A stretch of DNA of 64,000 nucleotides, taken from positions 7,055 through 71,054 of the forward strand of contig SVTK01000014.1 in assembly GCA_015063805.1 (NCBI GenBank). Direction: 5' to 3'. The notes beneath the pieces were generated by a model, which was not told the DNA's origin, did no database searches, and was given only the letters and a program-made list of their open reading frames with translations. A program made the position numbers and the translations under genes. This document shows, piece after piece, positions 34,389-44,795 of the stretch. The stretch comes from Oscillospiraceae bacterium (GTDB lineage Bacteria > Bacillota > Clostridia > Oscillospirales > CAG-272). The stretch's first letter is position 1; each line of letters begins with the position of its first letter.

Positions 34389-35732
34389 ATGGCCGAAGAG
34401 CTGACCCGCAAATTACCCTTTTCGCTGATCACCGAGCAGTCCCTGCTCGGCTCCATCCTCATTGATCCCGATAGCTTCAATGAGATCGCCGACAGTGTGT
34501 CGGCCACCGATTTCTATCTCACCGAGCATACCCAGATCTATCTGGCCATGCAGGAGCTTTTCCTGCGCAACCGGGAGATCGATATCGTCACCCTCATCGA
34601 TATGCTGGTGCAGAAGGGAATCTACGATAAATCCGGCGGCGAGGAGTACATCCGTCTCATTGCCGAGACGGTGCCCAACGCCCTCAATGTCAAGGACTAT
34701 GCCCGTATTGTCAAGGACAAAAGCTCCCTGCGCCAGCTGATTACCGCCTGCGGAGAAATTCTGGAGTCGGCCTACAGCGAGCAGGACGAGGTGGCATCCA
34801 TCATCGGTACCGCCGAGAGCAAGATCTTTTCCATCGCGCAAGGACGGGACAGCAAGAATTTCGTCCATATCCGCGATGTCATGCTGGGGGTTTTCGACCG
34901 CCTGCATCAGCTGGGCATCGACAAAAACGCCCTGCAGGGCACCAAGACCGGCTTCTCGGGGCTGGACAACGTGCTGGCGGGCATGGGCAATTCCGACCTG
35001 ATTCTGGTGGGTGCCCGTCCCGGTATGGGTAAGACCTCCTTTGCCCTGAACATTGCCACCAACGTGGCACAGGCAACCAAGAAAAAGGTCTGTATCTTCT
35101 CGCTGGAGATGTCCAGCGAACAGCTGGTCTCCCGTGTGCTCTCCTCCGAGGCCATGGTGGACAGCTACACCCTGCGTACCGGCGAGCTGAAGCCCGAGGA
35201 CTGGGATCACCTGGCCGAGGCATCCTCGGTGCTCTCGGGGTGTGATATTCTCATCGACGATACCACCGGCATTACCGTTACCGGGATGAAGGCCAAGCTC
35301 CGCCGGGTGGAGAACCTGGGACTGGTGGTCATCGACTACCTGCAGCTGATGCAGGCCGACCGCAAAACCGACAACCGGGTACAGGAGGTGGCCGACATCT
35401 CCCGTAACCTCAAGATTATGGCCAAGGAGCTGAATGTGCCCATCATCTGCTGCGCACAGCTCTCCCGCGGACCGGAGTCCCGTACCGACAAGAAGCCTAT
35501 GCTCTCCGACCTCCGTGACTCGGGTGCCATCGAGCAGGATGCCGACGTGGTTATGTTCCTCTACCGCGATGAGTACTACAAGACCGACCGTGACCCCTCC
35601 AATCAGGAGGTCAACATTGCCGAGGTCATTGTGGCCAAGAACCGCCACGGCTCCACGGGCAACGTGGAGATGGGCTGGATCGGCAAGTACACCAAGTTCC
35701 GCACCATCGTCAAGGACAGCAGCGGCACATGA
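34389..35732 (+). CDS. dnaB: replicative DNA helicase
   Basis: Walker A GARPGMGKTSF and DnaB N-terminal domain; 447 aa. Confidence 0.95.
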   Translation: MAEELTRKLPFSLITEQSLLGSILIDPDSFNEIADSVSATDFYLTEHTQIYLAMQELFLRNREIDIVTLIDMLVQKGIYDKSGGEEYIRLIAETVPNALNVKDYARIVKDKSSLRQLITACGEILESAYSEQDEVASIIGTAESKIFSIAQGRDSKNFVHIRDVMLGVFDRLHQLGIDKNALQGTKTGFSGLDNVLAGMGNSDLILVGARPGMGKTSFALNIATNVAQATKKKVCIFSLEMSSEQLVSRVLSSEAMVDSYTLRTGELKPEDWDHLAEASSVLSGCDILIDDTTGITVTGMKAKLRRVENLGLVVIDYLQLMQADRKTDNRVQEVADISRNLKIMAKELNVPIICCAQLSRGPESRTDKKPMLSDLRDSGAIEQDADVVMFLYRDEYYKTDRDPSNQEVNIAEVIVAKNRHGSTGNVEMGWIGKYTKFRTIVKDSSGT

Positions 35733-37138
35733 TGGAACGCTTTGATGCCGCGCTCATCGAGGAGAATCTCCCTTCGGGGGTGCCTGTTTTGCTGGCTTTC
35801 TCGGGAGGCGGGGATTCCCGTGCGGCGCTGTCGGTGCTGGCCGGGCATTGCGCCCGGGTGGGCAGACCTCTGGGGGCGGCTCACCTTGACCACGCCATTC
35901 GCCCGGCTTCGGTAGAGGATGCGGCCTTCTGCGCCGCGGTCTGCGCCGAGCTTGGGGTGACCTTCCATACCCGGCGGGTGGATGTGCCTGCCATGGCTGA
36001 GGGGGGCCTGGGGCTGGAGGAGGCTGCGCGGAATGCGCGGTATGCCTTCTTCGCCGAGCTGATGGCCGAGCAGGGCTACGGCGCCGTGATCACCGCCCAC
36101 CAGGCCGACGACAACCTGGAGACCATGCTCATGCGGTTGGTCCGCGGAAGCGGTCTGCGGGGGCTGTGCGGCATCCCCCCTATGCGTCCGTTGGGGAGCG
36201 GGCTCCTGCTCCGTCCCTTCCTGCGGGTCTCCCGCGCCGAGATGGAGGAATACTTGAACCGACACGGGCTGGCTTATCTCACCGATGAGACCAACACCGA
36301 CCGAACATATCTGCGCAACCGCCTGCGGGCCGAGGTGATCCCTGTGCTGTCGGCCTGCAATCCCACGATGCTTTGCCGCGCCGCCGATACCGCCGAGGCC
36401 CTTCGGGCCGATGCGGCCTATCTGGAGCAGGCGGCAGAACAGCTGTATGAAACGCTCCCCACCCCCAACTGCGCGCCCGCCGATTGGCTGCGGAGCCAGC
36501 CCGACGCCATGCGCCGACGGCTCTATTTGCTCCTGTACCGCGGGGGCGGCGGCAGCGGGATGCCGGAGCAGACCCATTTCCGCGCCCTCGACCGATTGCT
36601 GGAGGGGGAGCGTCAGCCTGCCTCACTTTCTCTGCCCGGTGCCGTAACGGCAAGGCTGGAGAGGGGCGAGTTGGCTTTCTTTCCCGGCGGGGAATGCCCG
36701 CTGCCCCATGCCGACTGGCAGATGCCGGCGCGGAAGGGAAGGGTGGAGGTTCCCGAGCTGGGAGCTTTGCTCTGCCTTGGGGAAGGGGAAGAAATGGGGG
36801 AATTTGTAAACAATCTTGCCCGAGGGGCAAATATTTACAGATTATTTATCAATCGGTGCCTGAATTTTGATAAAATAATCGGGTGGCCCCATTGGCGGCT
36901 CCGCCGGGCAGGCGATCGCATTCTGCTCGGTGGGCATCATCGCAGCGTGAAGAAGCTGCTCTCTGCCGCAGGAATTCCTGTGACACTGCGCGGGCGGCTG
37001 CCCATCCTCTGCGACGAGGAGGGTATCGTATTTTTGCCCGGCGTCGGTCTGCGTGACGGACTTGGCGACGGCAGTGTCACGTTGGCTGTGATCTTTCCGC
37101 AGGATGCGGATGAACAATGCAAGCACGAAAGGAAGTAA
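35729..37138 (+). CDS. tilS: tRNA(Ile)-lysidine synthase
   Basis: PP-loop LLAFSGGGDS. ATGA overlap with dnaB. Followed by hpt-ftsH as in other Firmicutes. Confidence 0.85.
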   Translation: MMERFDAALIEENLPSGVPVLLAFSGGGDSRAALSVLAGHCARVGRPLGAAHLDHAIRPASVEDAAFCAAVCAELGVTFHTRRVDVPAMAEGGLGLEEAARNARYAFFAELMAEQGYGAVITAHQADDNLETMLMRLVRGSGLRGLCGIPPMRPLGSGLLLRPFLRVSRAEMEEYLNRHGLAYLTDETNTDRTYLRNRLRAEVIPVLSACNPTMLCRAADTAEALRADAAYLEQAAEQLYETLPTPNCAPADWLRSQPDAMRRRLYLLLYRGGGGSGMPEQTHFRALDRLLEGERQPASLSLPGAVTARLERGELAFFPGGECPLPHADWQMPARKGRVEVPELGALLCLGEGEEMGEFVNNLARGANIYRLFINRCLNFDKIIGWPHWRLRRAGDRILLGGHHRSVKKLLSAAGIPVTLRGRLPILCDEEGIVFLPGVGLRDGLGDGSVTLAVIFPQDADEQCKHERK

Positions 37139-37141
37139 ACC

Positions 37142-37699
37142 ATGAATCCCAACATTGCCAGTGTATTGGTTGACGAGGCGGAAATTGACCGCATCACCAC
37201 GCGGATCGCCGCCGAAATTGATCGCGACTATCAGAACACGGGGCGCAAGCTGCTGCTGCTGTGTATTCTCAAGGGCTCGGTGGTCTTCATGGGCGACCTG
37301 ATGAAAAAGATCACCCTGCCGGTGGAGATCGACTTTATGAAGGTGTCCTCCTACGGCTCGGGTACTGTCTCGGGCGGCCAGGTGAACATTCTCCTGGACC
37401 TGCACCGCAAGGATCTGCCCGATGTGGACATCATCATCGTGGAGGATATCATCGACAGCGGACGCACCCTGTCCTATCTCATGGAATATCTGCGGCTCAA
37501 GGGGGCGCACAGCGTCAGGACCTGCACTATGCTGGACAAGCCCGAGCGCCGTGATGAAAAGCTGCGGGACTTCCGCCCCGATTATGTGGGTGCGGTGATT
37601 CCCGACGAGTTTGTGGTGGGCTACGGCCTCGACTACGACGAGCAGTACCGCGCGCTGCCCTATGTGGGTATCCTCCGACCCGAGGTCTACGGCGGCTGA
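37142..37699 (+). CDS. hpt: hypoxanthine phosphoribosyltransferase
   Basis: PRPP-binding IIIVEDIIDSGRTL motif. Confidence 0.9.
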   Translation: MNPNIASVLVDEAEIDRITTRIAAEIDRDYQNTGRKLLLLCILKGSVVFMGDLMKKITLPVEIDFMKVSSYGSGTVSGGQVNILLDLHRKDLPDVDIIIVEDIIDSGRTLSYLMEYLRLKGAHSVRTCTMLDKPERRDEKLRDFRPDYVGAVIPDEFVVGYGLDYDEQYRALPYVGILRPEVYGG

Positions 37700-37822
37700 A
37701 TTTGAAAAAATTTGCGCGAGACCGCACGTCGGTCCCTCGCATGATGCGCATATTGCGCGGCATAATAACTTATATTTATTGTATCATCACGTCCGGCCAT
37801 TTGCCGGCGAGGGGAGGTTTGA

Positions 37823-39877
37823 ATGAAAGTCAATTTTAAGGTGATCATCTTCTATATTGTGCTGATCGCTGCGGTGATCTTTATGCTGGGTTTCATGCTC
37901 TCCGGCGGGAGCAAAGCAAAGCTGCAGTATTCGGACATCGTGGACTTCTTTGAGAAGGAACAGGTGACCAGCTTCGTCATAGACGATGATAACGTGCTGA
38001 CCATGAGCGTAAAGACCACCGTGGAGGGTAAGGAGGTTAAGCTTGACCTGTCCTACCACCTGCGGGATGTGGGTCTTTTCTATACCGATCTGGGTGAGCT
38101 GATCCGGGATCAGCGGGCAAGAGGTGTGCTGACCGATTATGACTACGAGGCACCTCCTGTGATTTCGCCCTGGCTGAGCTTCCTGCCCTATATTCTCATC
38201 ATGGGCCTTTTCGTTGGTCTGTGGTTCTTCATGATCAACCGCAGCATGGGGGGCAAGGGCGGCAGCAAGATCAATTCCTTCGGCAAGTCCAAGGCCCGTC
38301 TCTCCTCCGCCGACAAGAACCCCATCCGCTTCAAGGATGTGGCAGGTGCCGATGAGGAGAAGGCTGAGCTGGAAGAGGTGGTGGAGTTCCTCAAGGATCC
38401 CACCCGCTTTACCAAGCTGGGGGCAAAGATTCCCCACGGCGTCCTGCTGATGGGCCCTCCAGGGACCGGTAAGACCCTCCTGGCCAAGGCTGTGGCCGGC
38501 GAGGCAGGGGTGCCCTTCTACTCCATCTCCGGCTCGGATTTTGTGGAAATGTACGTCGGTGTGGGCGCATCCCGCGTCCGCGACCTCTTTGATACTGCCA
38601 AGAAGAGCCCCGCGTCCATCATCTTCATCGATGAGATCGATGCGGTGGGCCGTCACCGCGGCGCAGGCCTGGGCGGCGGTCACGACGAGCGCGAGCAGAC
38701 CCTGAACCAGCTGCTGGTGGAGATGGACGGCTTCGGCTCCAACGACGGCATTATCGTCATGGCGGCCACCAACCGCCCCGACATTCTGGATCCCGCCCTG
38801 CTCCGTCCCGGCCGCTTTGACCGGCAGATCACGGTAAACTATCCCGACATCAAGGGCCGCGAGGATATCCTCAAGGTTCACGCCAAGAACAAGCCCCTGG
38901 AGGGCGAGGTGGATCTCTCGGTGGTGGCAAAATCCACCATCGGCTTCACCGGTGCCGACCTGGCCAACCTGCTCAACGAGGCCGCTCTGCTGGCGGCGCG
39001 GAAGGGCAAGTCCCTCATCGGCATGAACGACATCGAGGAGGCCTTCACCAAGGTTATCGTGGGCCCCGCCAAGAAGTCCAAGGTGGTCTCCGAGAAGGAG
39101 CGCAAGCTGACGGCTTACCACGAGGCGGGCCATGCCATTGTGGGCTATCTCTCCGACGATTCCGAGAGCGTGCATCAGATTTCCATCATTCCCGCGGGCC
39201 GCGCAGGGGGCTACACCCTGTCCCTGCCCAAGGAGGACCGCTCCTACCGCTCCAAGCTGGATATGGAGACCGATATTCTGGGTCTGCTGGGCGGCCGTGT
39301 GGCAGAAAAGCTCATTCTGGGCGACATTTCCACCGGTGCTTCCAATGACATCCAGCGTGCCACCGCCATTGCCCGGAGCATGGTGACCAAGTACGGTATG
39401 AGCGATACTCTGGGTCCCATCGTTTACGGCTCTGACCATGACGGCGAGGTGTTCCTGGGGCGCGACTTCAGCGCAACCCGTGACTACTCCGAGGATACCG
39501 CCGCCCGCATCGATGCCGAGATCAAGCGCATTGTCACCGAGGCCTATGACCGCGCCATGAAGCTCCTGGAAGAGAATGTGGATAAGCTGCACTTTGTGGC
39601 AGGCTTCCTCTTCAAGAACGAAGTCATGGACGGTGACCAGTTCGCTGCTGCCATGGCAGGAAATCCCACCGTGGAGGAGCTGGAGGAAATGGTGGCCGAG
39701 AAGAAGCGCAAGAGCGAGGAAGAGAATGCCGCCAAGGCTAAACGCGACGCCGAGGAAGCCAAGCGCCGCGAGGAAGAAGAAAAGGAGCGCCTGGAAGAAC
39801 AGCGCCGCCGCTTTGATCCCGCTGCAGGTGCCGATGACGGCGAGGTTCGCGAGGACAGCGACAACAAGGATGAATAA
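37823..39877 (+). CDS. ftsH: ATP-dependent zinc metalloprotease FtsH
   Basis: AAA Walker [12 protein letters not shown] and zinc motif HEAGHA. Two N-terminal TM segments and a charged C-terminal tail. Confidence 0.95.
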   Translation: MKVNFKVIIFYIVLIAAVIFMLGFMLSGGSKAKLQYSDIVDFFEKEQVTSFVIDDDNVLTMSVKTTVEGKEVKLDLSYHLRDVGLFYTDLGELIRDQRARGVLTDYDYEAPPVISPWLSFLPYILIMGLFVGLWFFMINRSMGGKGGSKINSFGKSKARLSSADKNPIRFKDVAGADEEKAELEEVVEFLKDPTRFTKLGAKIPHGVLLMGPPGTGKTLLAKAVAGEAGVPFYSISGSDFVEMYVGVGASRVRDLFDTAKKSPASIIFIDEIDAVGRHRGAGLGGGHDEREQTLNQLLVEMDGFGSNDGIIVMAATNRPDILDPALLRPGRFDRQITVNYPDIKGREDILKVHAKNKPLEGEVDLSVVAKSTIGFTGADLANLLNEAALLAARKGKSLIGMNDIEEAFTKVIVGPAKKSKVVSEKERKLTAYHEAGHAIVGYLSDDSESVHQISIIPAGRAGGYTLSLPKEDRSYRSKLDMETDILGLLGGRVAEKLILGDISTGASNDIQRATAIARSMVTKYGMSDTLGPIVYGSDHDGEVFLGRDFSATRDYSEDTAARIDAEIKRIVTEAYDRAMKLLEENVDKLHFVAGFLFKNEVMDGDQFAAAMAGNPTVEELEEMVAEKKRKSEEENAAKAKRDAEEAKRREEEEKERLEEQRRRFDPAAGADDGEVREDSDNKDE

Positions 39878-39884
39878 AAAAACG

Positions 39885-39917
39885 CAGGGAGATGCCGGTG
39901 GGCATCTCCCTGTTTTC
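39885..39917 (+). terminator. intrinsic terminator after ftsH
   Basis: CAGGGAGATGCC / GGCATCTCCCTG stem followed by TTTTCAT. Confidence 0.75.
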
Positions 39918-39929
39918 ATGGGCGCAAGC

Positions 39930-39964
39930 AAAAAAAGAACCGCACCCATGTGAAACGGATGCGG
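39930..39964 (-). terminator. intrinsic terminator after tRNA-Gly (minus strand)
   Basis: Reverse complement reads CCGCATCC...GGGTGCGG stem followed by TTCTTTTTTT. Confidence 0.6.
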
Positions 39965-39970
39965 ACTCTC

Positions 39971-40044
39971 TGGAGCAGGCGACGGGAATCGAACCCGCAG
40001 CACCAGCTTGGGAAGCTGGGGTTTTACCACTAGACTACGCCTGC
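39971..40044 (-). tRNA. tRNA-Gly (anticodon CCC), CCA encoded
   Basis: Reverse complement GCAGGCGTAGTCTAGTGGTAAAACCCCAGCTTCCCAAGCTGGTGCTGCGGGTTCGATTCCCGTCGCCTGCTCCA folds as a cloverleaf. Acceptor stem GCAGGCG/CGCCTGC, anticodon loop TTCCCAA, T-arm GCGGG-TTCGATT-CCCGT (C-G, G-C, G-C, G-C and a closing G-T wobble). Confidence 0.9.
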
Positions 40045-40055
40045 GAACATCATAT

Positions 40056-40084
40056 AGTATACCGCAATTCAGGGAAAATGTCAA
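40056..40084 (-). promoter_or_regulatory. sigma-70-type promoter of tRNA-Gly
   Basis: Reverse complement reads TTGACA, 17 nt, TATACT, ending about 11 nt upstream of the tRNA 5' end. Confidence 0.5.
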
Positions 40085-40125
40085 TGGGAATGCGAAATTT
40101 TTTTGGAAAAAATGCAAGAACCCTC

Positions 40126-40154
40126 TTGCAATCCACGGCGGGTTGTGCTATAAT
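40126..40154 (+). promoter_or_regulatory. sigma-70-type promoter of secG
   Basis: TTGCAA, 17 nt, TATAAT, leaving a leader of about 115 nt. Confidence 0.45.
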
Positions 40155-40276
40155 AGCTATACGTCAGTTTTTGCGTGTGCGGTTTTTGCCGTCCACGGGT
40201 GCCGCTGTCTTTCCGCCGAGGGCAGCTGCCTGCATGAAGATAAAGATGTGCGGCGGGGAAATGGAGTTTACGCGAA

Positions 40277-40522
40277 ATGAATGTTGTTGAAATCATTATC
40301 GGTGTTGCACTTCTGCTGATGGCAGTTTTCCTTGTTGTATCTATTCTGATGCAGTCGGGTAAGGACAAGCGCCTGTCCGGTACCATTGCCGGCGGTGCTG
40401 AGACCTTCTTCGGCAAGGAAAAGGCAAGCACGATGGATAAGGTGCTCTCCAAGGTGACGACGATTGTTGCCATTGTCTTCGCTGTGCTGGTCGTGGTCAT
40501 GTACATGATCCAGGGCCTGTAA
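40277..40522 (+). CDS. secG: preprotein translocase subunit SecG
   Basis: 81 aa with two TM segments. LMQSGKDKRLSGTIAGGAETFFGK is the typical SecG central motif. Confidence 0.85.
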   Translation: MNVVEIIIGVALLLMAVFLVVSILMQSGKDKRLSGTIAGGAETFFGKEKASTMDKVLSKVTTIVAIVFAVLVVVMYMIQGL

Positions 40523-40547
40523 GCACGGCTTTGCCTGTTTGGGCATG

Positions 40548-40596
40548 ACAAAACCGCTTTTGGGTATGCTTTATCCGAGAGCGGTTTTGTTTTTTG
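40548..40596 (+). terminator. intrinsic terminator after secG
   Basis: ACAAAACCGCT / AGCGGTTTTGT stem followed by TTTTT. Confidence 0.65.
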
Positions 40597-40628
40597 AAAA
40601 TCCCACGGAATTTGAAGGAATTGAATCT

Positions 40629-42755
40629 ATGACCAAGAAATCAAGCTTTGCCCGAAAGGCAAGCGCAAAGAAAAAATCAGCCAAGTCCCGCCGTCCTGCC
40701 CCCGGCCGCGGGCAGAGCAGGAACCCTCGCCGCAAATATGCGGCCCCTCGTGCCGAGCGGCGGGTCTATGCCCCCACGGCGGAAGGAATCTTCCACGGCA
40801 CCGCCCGGGGCTTCGGCTTCATCACCCCCGATCCTGTTGGCGGCGCGGTGGGGGAGGATCTGTTTGTTCCCGCTCGCTTCACCGGCGGGGCAATTGACGG
40901 GGATCGGGTGCGCTACCGGGTGCAGAGCGACACCGACACGCGGCGTTTCGGCCGCGGGGAGGAGAGCCGCACCGAAGCCGCGGTGACTGAGGTGGTGGCT
41001 CACAGTGTCACCTCCCTTGTGGCTGAGTTTTGCGTCGAGGCACATATCAGAGGGCGTAAGACGGTGCGCCGTTTCTACGCCATCCCCGAGAACAAAAAGC
41101 TGGCCTTTGAGGTGGAGATCGCCTCTTCCCACACCCTGGGCGCACGGCGGGGAGACAAGATCCGCCTGGAGCTGGTGGAATATCCCACCGCTTCTGTTCC
41201 CGCACGGGGGAAGGTGACCCAGATCTATGGGCCGAAGGCGAGCAGGGAGGCCAACTATGCCGCCATTCTGGACGACAACGGCATCCCCACCGTCTTTCCC
41301 GATGAGGTGCTGGCCGAGGCGGCAGAGGTATCGGCACGGCGGGTCACCTCCCGTGGGCGGCTGGATCTGCGGAACGAGATCATTTTCACCATCGACTCAG
41401 CGGAGGCCAAGGATCTGGACGATGCCATCTCCCTCAAGCGCACCTCTGACGGCTGGCAGCTGGGAGTCCACATCGCCGATGTTTCCCATTACGTCAAGGC
41501 GGGGGCGGCCATTGACCGGGAGGCCATGAATCGCGGCACCAGCGTTTACTTCACCGATCAGGTGGTGCCCATGCTGCCCGAGGCCCTGTCCAACGGATGC
41601 TGCTCCCTGAACGGCGGTGTCAGCCGCTATGCCATGTCCGCTCTGCTGGAGCTTGCCCCCGACGGCAGCCTGCGGGGCTGCCGCCCGGTGCCGTCGGTGA
41701 TCAAGTCTACGGTGCGCGGGGTGTACAGCGAGGTCAACGATCTCTTCGAGCGGGGGGAAGACTCGCCCTTTGCCGAAAAGTATGCCGCCGTTCTTCCCAC
41801 CCTCCGGGATATGCGGGAGCTTTACCGTATCCTGGCCGCTCGGGGCGCGTCCCGGGGGGCACTCGCTTTGGATACCGCTGAGGCGAGAATCGTGCTCAAT
41901 GACGAGGGGGAGCCGGTGGACATCCGCCGCGTGGAGCGGGGAGATGCCGAGAAAATGATCGAGCAGTTCATGCTCACCGCAAACGAAGGCATTGCGGTTT
42001 GGCTGGGGGAGAGAAATCTGCCCTGTGTCTACCGCGTGCATGAGAAGCCCCTGGGCGAGAAGATGCAGGCCTTTGCCGAGTTTGCCATCGGCCTTGGCCT
42101 GCCTGTGGGCCGCATTGGGCAGGGGGATCTCGCTCCCACCGCTCTGGCCACCGATCTGCGGCGGGTGCTGGCGGCGGCAGAGGAGCGGGGCCTTGCGCAG
42201 ATGGTTTCTATCGTGCTGCTGCGCTCCCTGCAGAAGGCACGCTATTCCACCAAGGCGCTGGGCCACTTTGGCCTGGGCATCGCCGAATACTGCCATTTCA
42301 CTTCTCCCATCCGCCGCTATCCCGACCTGTCGGTGCATCGGATCATCCGGGCGGCACTGACGGAGAAGGCATCGGGGCGGGAGCTGGACAAGCTCACCTC
42401 CTTCGCCGCACGCTCGGCCAAGCAGTCCAGCGAAAACGAGCTCCGCGCCCTTACCGCCGAGCGGGAGATCGAGGATCTGTACAAGACCATCTTCATGGCC
42501 GCCCATGTGGGAGAGGAATTTGATGCGCGGATCTCCTCGGTGACGGGCTTCGGGCTGTTCGCCGAGCTGGAGAACACCTGCGAGGGGCTGATCCCCATCA
42601 CCTCGCTGGATGGTTTCTTTGTCTTTGACGAGAAGCACTACCGCCTGACCTGCGGAAGTCGGGTCTACGGGCTGGGGGACGCGATTCGGGTGCGGATCGA
42701 GAGCGCCGACGTGTCGGCCCACAAGATCGAGATGCGGATCGTGGAAAACGATTGA
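40629..42755 (+). CDS. rnr: ribonuclease R
   Basis: ATG at 40629, downstream of the secG terminator; track ORF 40539.. spans that terminator. Basic N-terminal tail, cold-shock-like regions, RNB domain (IDSAEAKDLDDAIS) and C-terminal S1. Confidence 0.9.
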   Translation: MTKKSSFARKASAKKKSAKSRRPAPGRGQSRNPRRKYAAPRAERRVYAPTAEGIFHGTARGFGFITPDPVGGAVGEDLFVPARFTGGAIDGDRVRYRVQSDTDTRRFGRGEESRTEAAVTEVVAHSVTSLVAEFCVEAHIRGRKTVRRFYAIPENKKLAFEVEIASSHTLGARRGDKIRLELVEYPTASVPARGKVTQIYGPKASREANYAAILDDNGIPTVFPDEVLAEAAEVSARRVTSRGRLDLRNEIIFTIDSAEAKDLDDAISLKRTSDGWQLGVHIADVSHYVKAGAAIDREAMNRGTSVYFTDQVVPMLPEALSNGCCSLNGGVSRYAMSALLELAPDGSLRGCRPVPSVIKSTVRGVYSEVNDLFERGEDSPFAEKYAAVLPTLRDMRELYRILAARGASRGALALDTAEARIVLNDEGEPVDIRRVERGDAEKMIEQFMLTANEGIAVWLGERNLPCVYRVHEKPLGEKMQAFAEFAIGLGLPVGRIGQGDLAPTALATDLRRVLAAAEERGLAQMVSIVLLRSLQKARYSTKALGHFGLGIAEYCHFTSPIRRYPDLSVHRIIRAALTEKASGRELDKLTSFAARSAKQSSENELRALTAEREIEDLYKTIFMAAHVGEEFDARISSVTGFGLFAELENTCEGLIPITSLDGFFVFDEKHYRLTCGSRVYGLGDAIRVRIESADVSAHKIEMRIVEND

Positions 42756-42758
42756 TGG

Positions 42759-42790
42759 GAGGGGGGCGCCTGTTCGCCCCCCTTTTTTGT
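42759..42790 (+). terminator. intrinsic terminator after rnr
   Basis: GGGGGGCG / CGCCCCCC stem followed by TTTTTTGTT. Confidence 0.75.
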
Positions 42791-42822
42791 TACCAATAAT
42801 TGCAAAAAAAACCGCGGGGACA

Positions 42823-42851
42823 TTGACAAATCTGTGCTTTTGCGGTACAAT
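42823..42851 (+). promoter_or_regulatory. sigma-70-type promoter of yicC-remA-gmk-rpoZ
   Basis: TTGACA, 17 nt, TACAAT. Confidence 0.5.
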
Positions 42852-42886
42852 AATTATATATATCCATTGACGAGGTGAAAGTGCGC

Positions 42887-43771
42887 ATGCAGAGTATGAC
42901 TGCCTTTGGCCGGGCCGTGAAGACGGTGGCAGGCAAGGAAATTATCGTAGAGATCAAGTCGGTGAACAACCGCTACCTGGATTGCAGCGTGCGGACACCC
43001 CGAAGCTACTCCTTCATTGAGGAAAAGATCAAGCCCCACCTGTTGGCGGCAGGGGTTACCCGGGGAAAGGTTGAGGTCAACCTTTCGGTGAATACGGTGG
43101 ACTCCCCCGAGGTGACGGTGGTGCTGGACGAGGCCTATGCCGCTTCCTATGTGGCCGCGCTTGAGCAGCTGCGGGATCGCTTCGGCCTTAAGGATGATAT
43201 TTCCACCATGCGGGTGGCGGCCAACCGCGAGCTTTTCAACGTGCAGGCTGCCGAGACCGATCCCGAGGAGGCCTGGGGCGATATCTCCGCGGTGCTGGAT
43301 GAAGCGCTGGCGGTGTTCTTGGCCGGCCGCGCCGCGGAAGGTGAGCGTCTTGCCCGGGACCTGGCTGCCAAGCTGGACGGAATCAAGGTGCTGGTGGACC
43401 GCATTGAGGTGCTCTCCCGGGACGATATTGCGGCATACCACGACCGCCTGCTAACCCGTTTGCGCAACGTACTGGAAGACAATCGGGTAACCATTGACGA
43501 AAACCGTATTCTCACCGAGTGTGCCATTTTTGCCGATCGGGTGGCGGTGGACGAAGAGCTGGTGCGCCTGCGCAGTCATTTTGATGCCTTTGCCTCCATT
43601 TCGGCCTCGGCTGAGCCCGTGGGCCGTAAGCTGGACTTTTTGATGCAGGAGATGAACCGGGAGATCAACACCATCGGTTCCAAGTGCTCCAACACCGAGA
43701 TCGCCCATTTGGTGGTGGAGGTCAAGAGCGAGCTGGAAAAGATCAGAGAGCAGATCCAGAATCTGGAGTAA
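42887..43771 (+). CDS. yicC: YicC/YloC family endoribonuclease
   Basis: ATG at 42887 after GAGGTGA. MQSMTAFGRA N-terminus and C-terminal EMNREINTIGSK motif. Confidence 0.85.
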   Translation: MQSMTAFGRAVKTVAGKEIIVEIKSVNNRYLDCSVRTPRSYSFIEEKIKPHLLAAGVTRGKVEVNLSVNTVDSPEVTVVLDEAYAASYVAALEQLRDRFGLKDDISTMRVAANRELFNVQAAETDPEEAWGDISAVLDEALAVFLAGRAAEGERLARDLAAKLDGIKVLVDRIEVLSRDDIAAYHDRLLTRLRNVLEDNRVTIDENRILTECAIFADRVAVDEELVRLRSHFDAFASISASAEPVGRKLDFLMQEMNREINTIGSKCSNTEIAHLVVEVKSELEKIREQIQNLE

Positions 43772-43795
43772 GCCCTCGGAGAAAAGGGGAAAAAT

Positions 43796-44080
43796 ATGAA
43801 ATTCATTAACATCGGCTTTGGCAATATGGTGGCGGTAGATCGAGTGGTAGCTCTGGTCGCCCCCGATTCTGCGCCCATCAAGCGTCTCATTCAGGATGCC
43901 CGGGACGAGGGACGGGTGATCGATGTCAGCTGCGGCCGCCGCACCCGTGCGGTGATCGTGACCGACTCGGAGCACGTGATTCTTTCGGCAATCCAGGCCG
44001 AGACCATTGCCAACCGTCTGGATGACAGCGTGGACGAGGAAGAGACGGCGGAGGAGGAAGACGAGACCGCCGATCAATAA
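43796..44080 (+). CDS. remA: RemA/YlzA (DUF370) family regulator
   Basis: [35 protein letters not shown] is typical RemA. Acidic C-terminal tail. Confidence 0.85.
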   Translation: MKFINIGFGNMVAVDRVVALVAPDSAPIKRLIQDARDEGRVIDVSCGRRTRAVIVTDSEHVILSAIQAETIANRLDDSVDEEETAEEEDETADQ

Positions 44081-44096
44081 ATTTGTGAGGATACCC

Positions 44097-44708
44097 ATGA
44101 AAAAAGGACTTTTGCTGATTATTTCGGGGCCTGCGGGCAGCGGGAAGGGAACGGTTCTCTCCCATATGCTGGCGGGGCGCGATGACTTTGCCTATTCGGT
44201 CTCCATGACCACAAGAGATCCCAGACCCGGTGAGGTGAATGGGGTGAATTATCACTTCGTTACCCACGAGGAATTCGATCGCCTAGTGGCCGAGGACGGC
44301 CTGTTGGAATATACCCGCTATGTGGGCAACGGCTACGGCACGCCCCGCGCCCAGGCCGAGGAAGTGCTGGCTTCCGGCCGCCATCTGATCCTTGAGATCG
44401 AGGTGGACGGTGCCATGCAGGTCAAGGAGAAATTCCCCGAGGCAGTGGCCATTATGCTGCTTCCCCCTTCCTTTGCGGTGCAGGAGGCCCGTCTGCGCGG
44501 CCGCGGCACCGAAACCGAGGATAAGATCCTGAACCGTCTGGATCAGACCCGTCGGGAGGTTCCCCTGGTGGATCGTTACGATTACATTGTGCGCAACGAG
44601 GATGGCGGTGCCGAGCAGGCAGCCGCGGATATTTTGGCCATTGTGCGGGCCGAGCAGCTGAAGGCTGCCCGGGATCCCCGCGCGGCCCAGCGCTATTTCG
44701 CCGACTGA
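44097..44708 (+). CDS. gmk: guanylate kinase
   Basis: P-loop SGPAGSGKGT and TTRDPRPGEVNGVNYHF motif. Confidence 0.9.
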   Translation: MKKGLLLIISGPAGSGKGTVLSHMLAGRDDFAYSVSMTTRDPRPGEVNGVNYHFVTHEEFDRLVAEDGLLEYTRYVGNGYGTPRAQAEEVLASGRHLILEIEVDGAMQVKEKFPEAVAIMLLPPSFAVQEARLRGRGTETEDKILNRLDQTRREVPLVDRYDYIVRNEDGGAEQAAADILAIVRAEQLKAARDPRAAQRYFAD

Positions 44709-44795
44709 GATCGGCGGGGCGGGGGCATACTGATAGGGGATGCGCCGCCGAATGAATTTGCATCTATTTCAAGCTGAGATAAAAGGAGAAACATC

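Noticed and set aside
40539-40628. TTG-initiated extension of the RNase R ORF
   Set aside because: It spans the secG intrinsic terminator (40548-40596). ATG 40629 follows an AAGGA RBS and starts the basic N-terminal tail.
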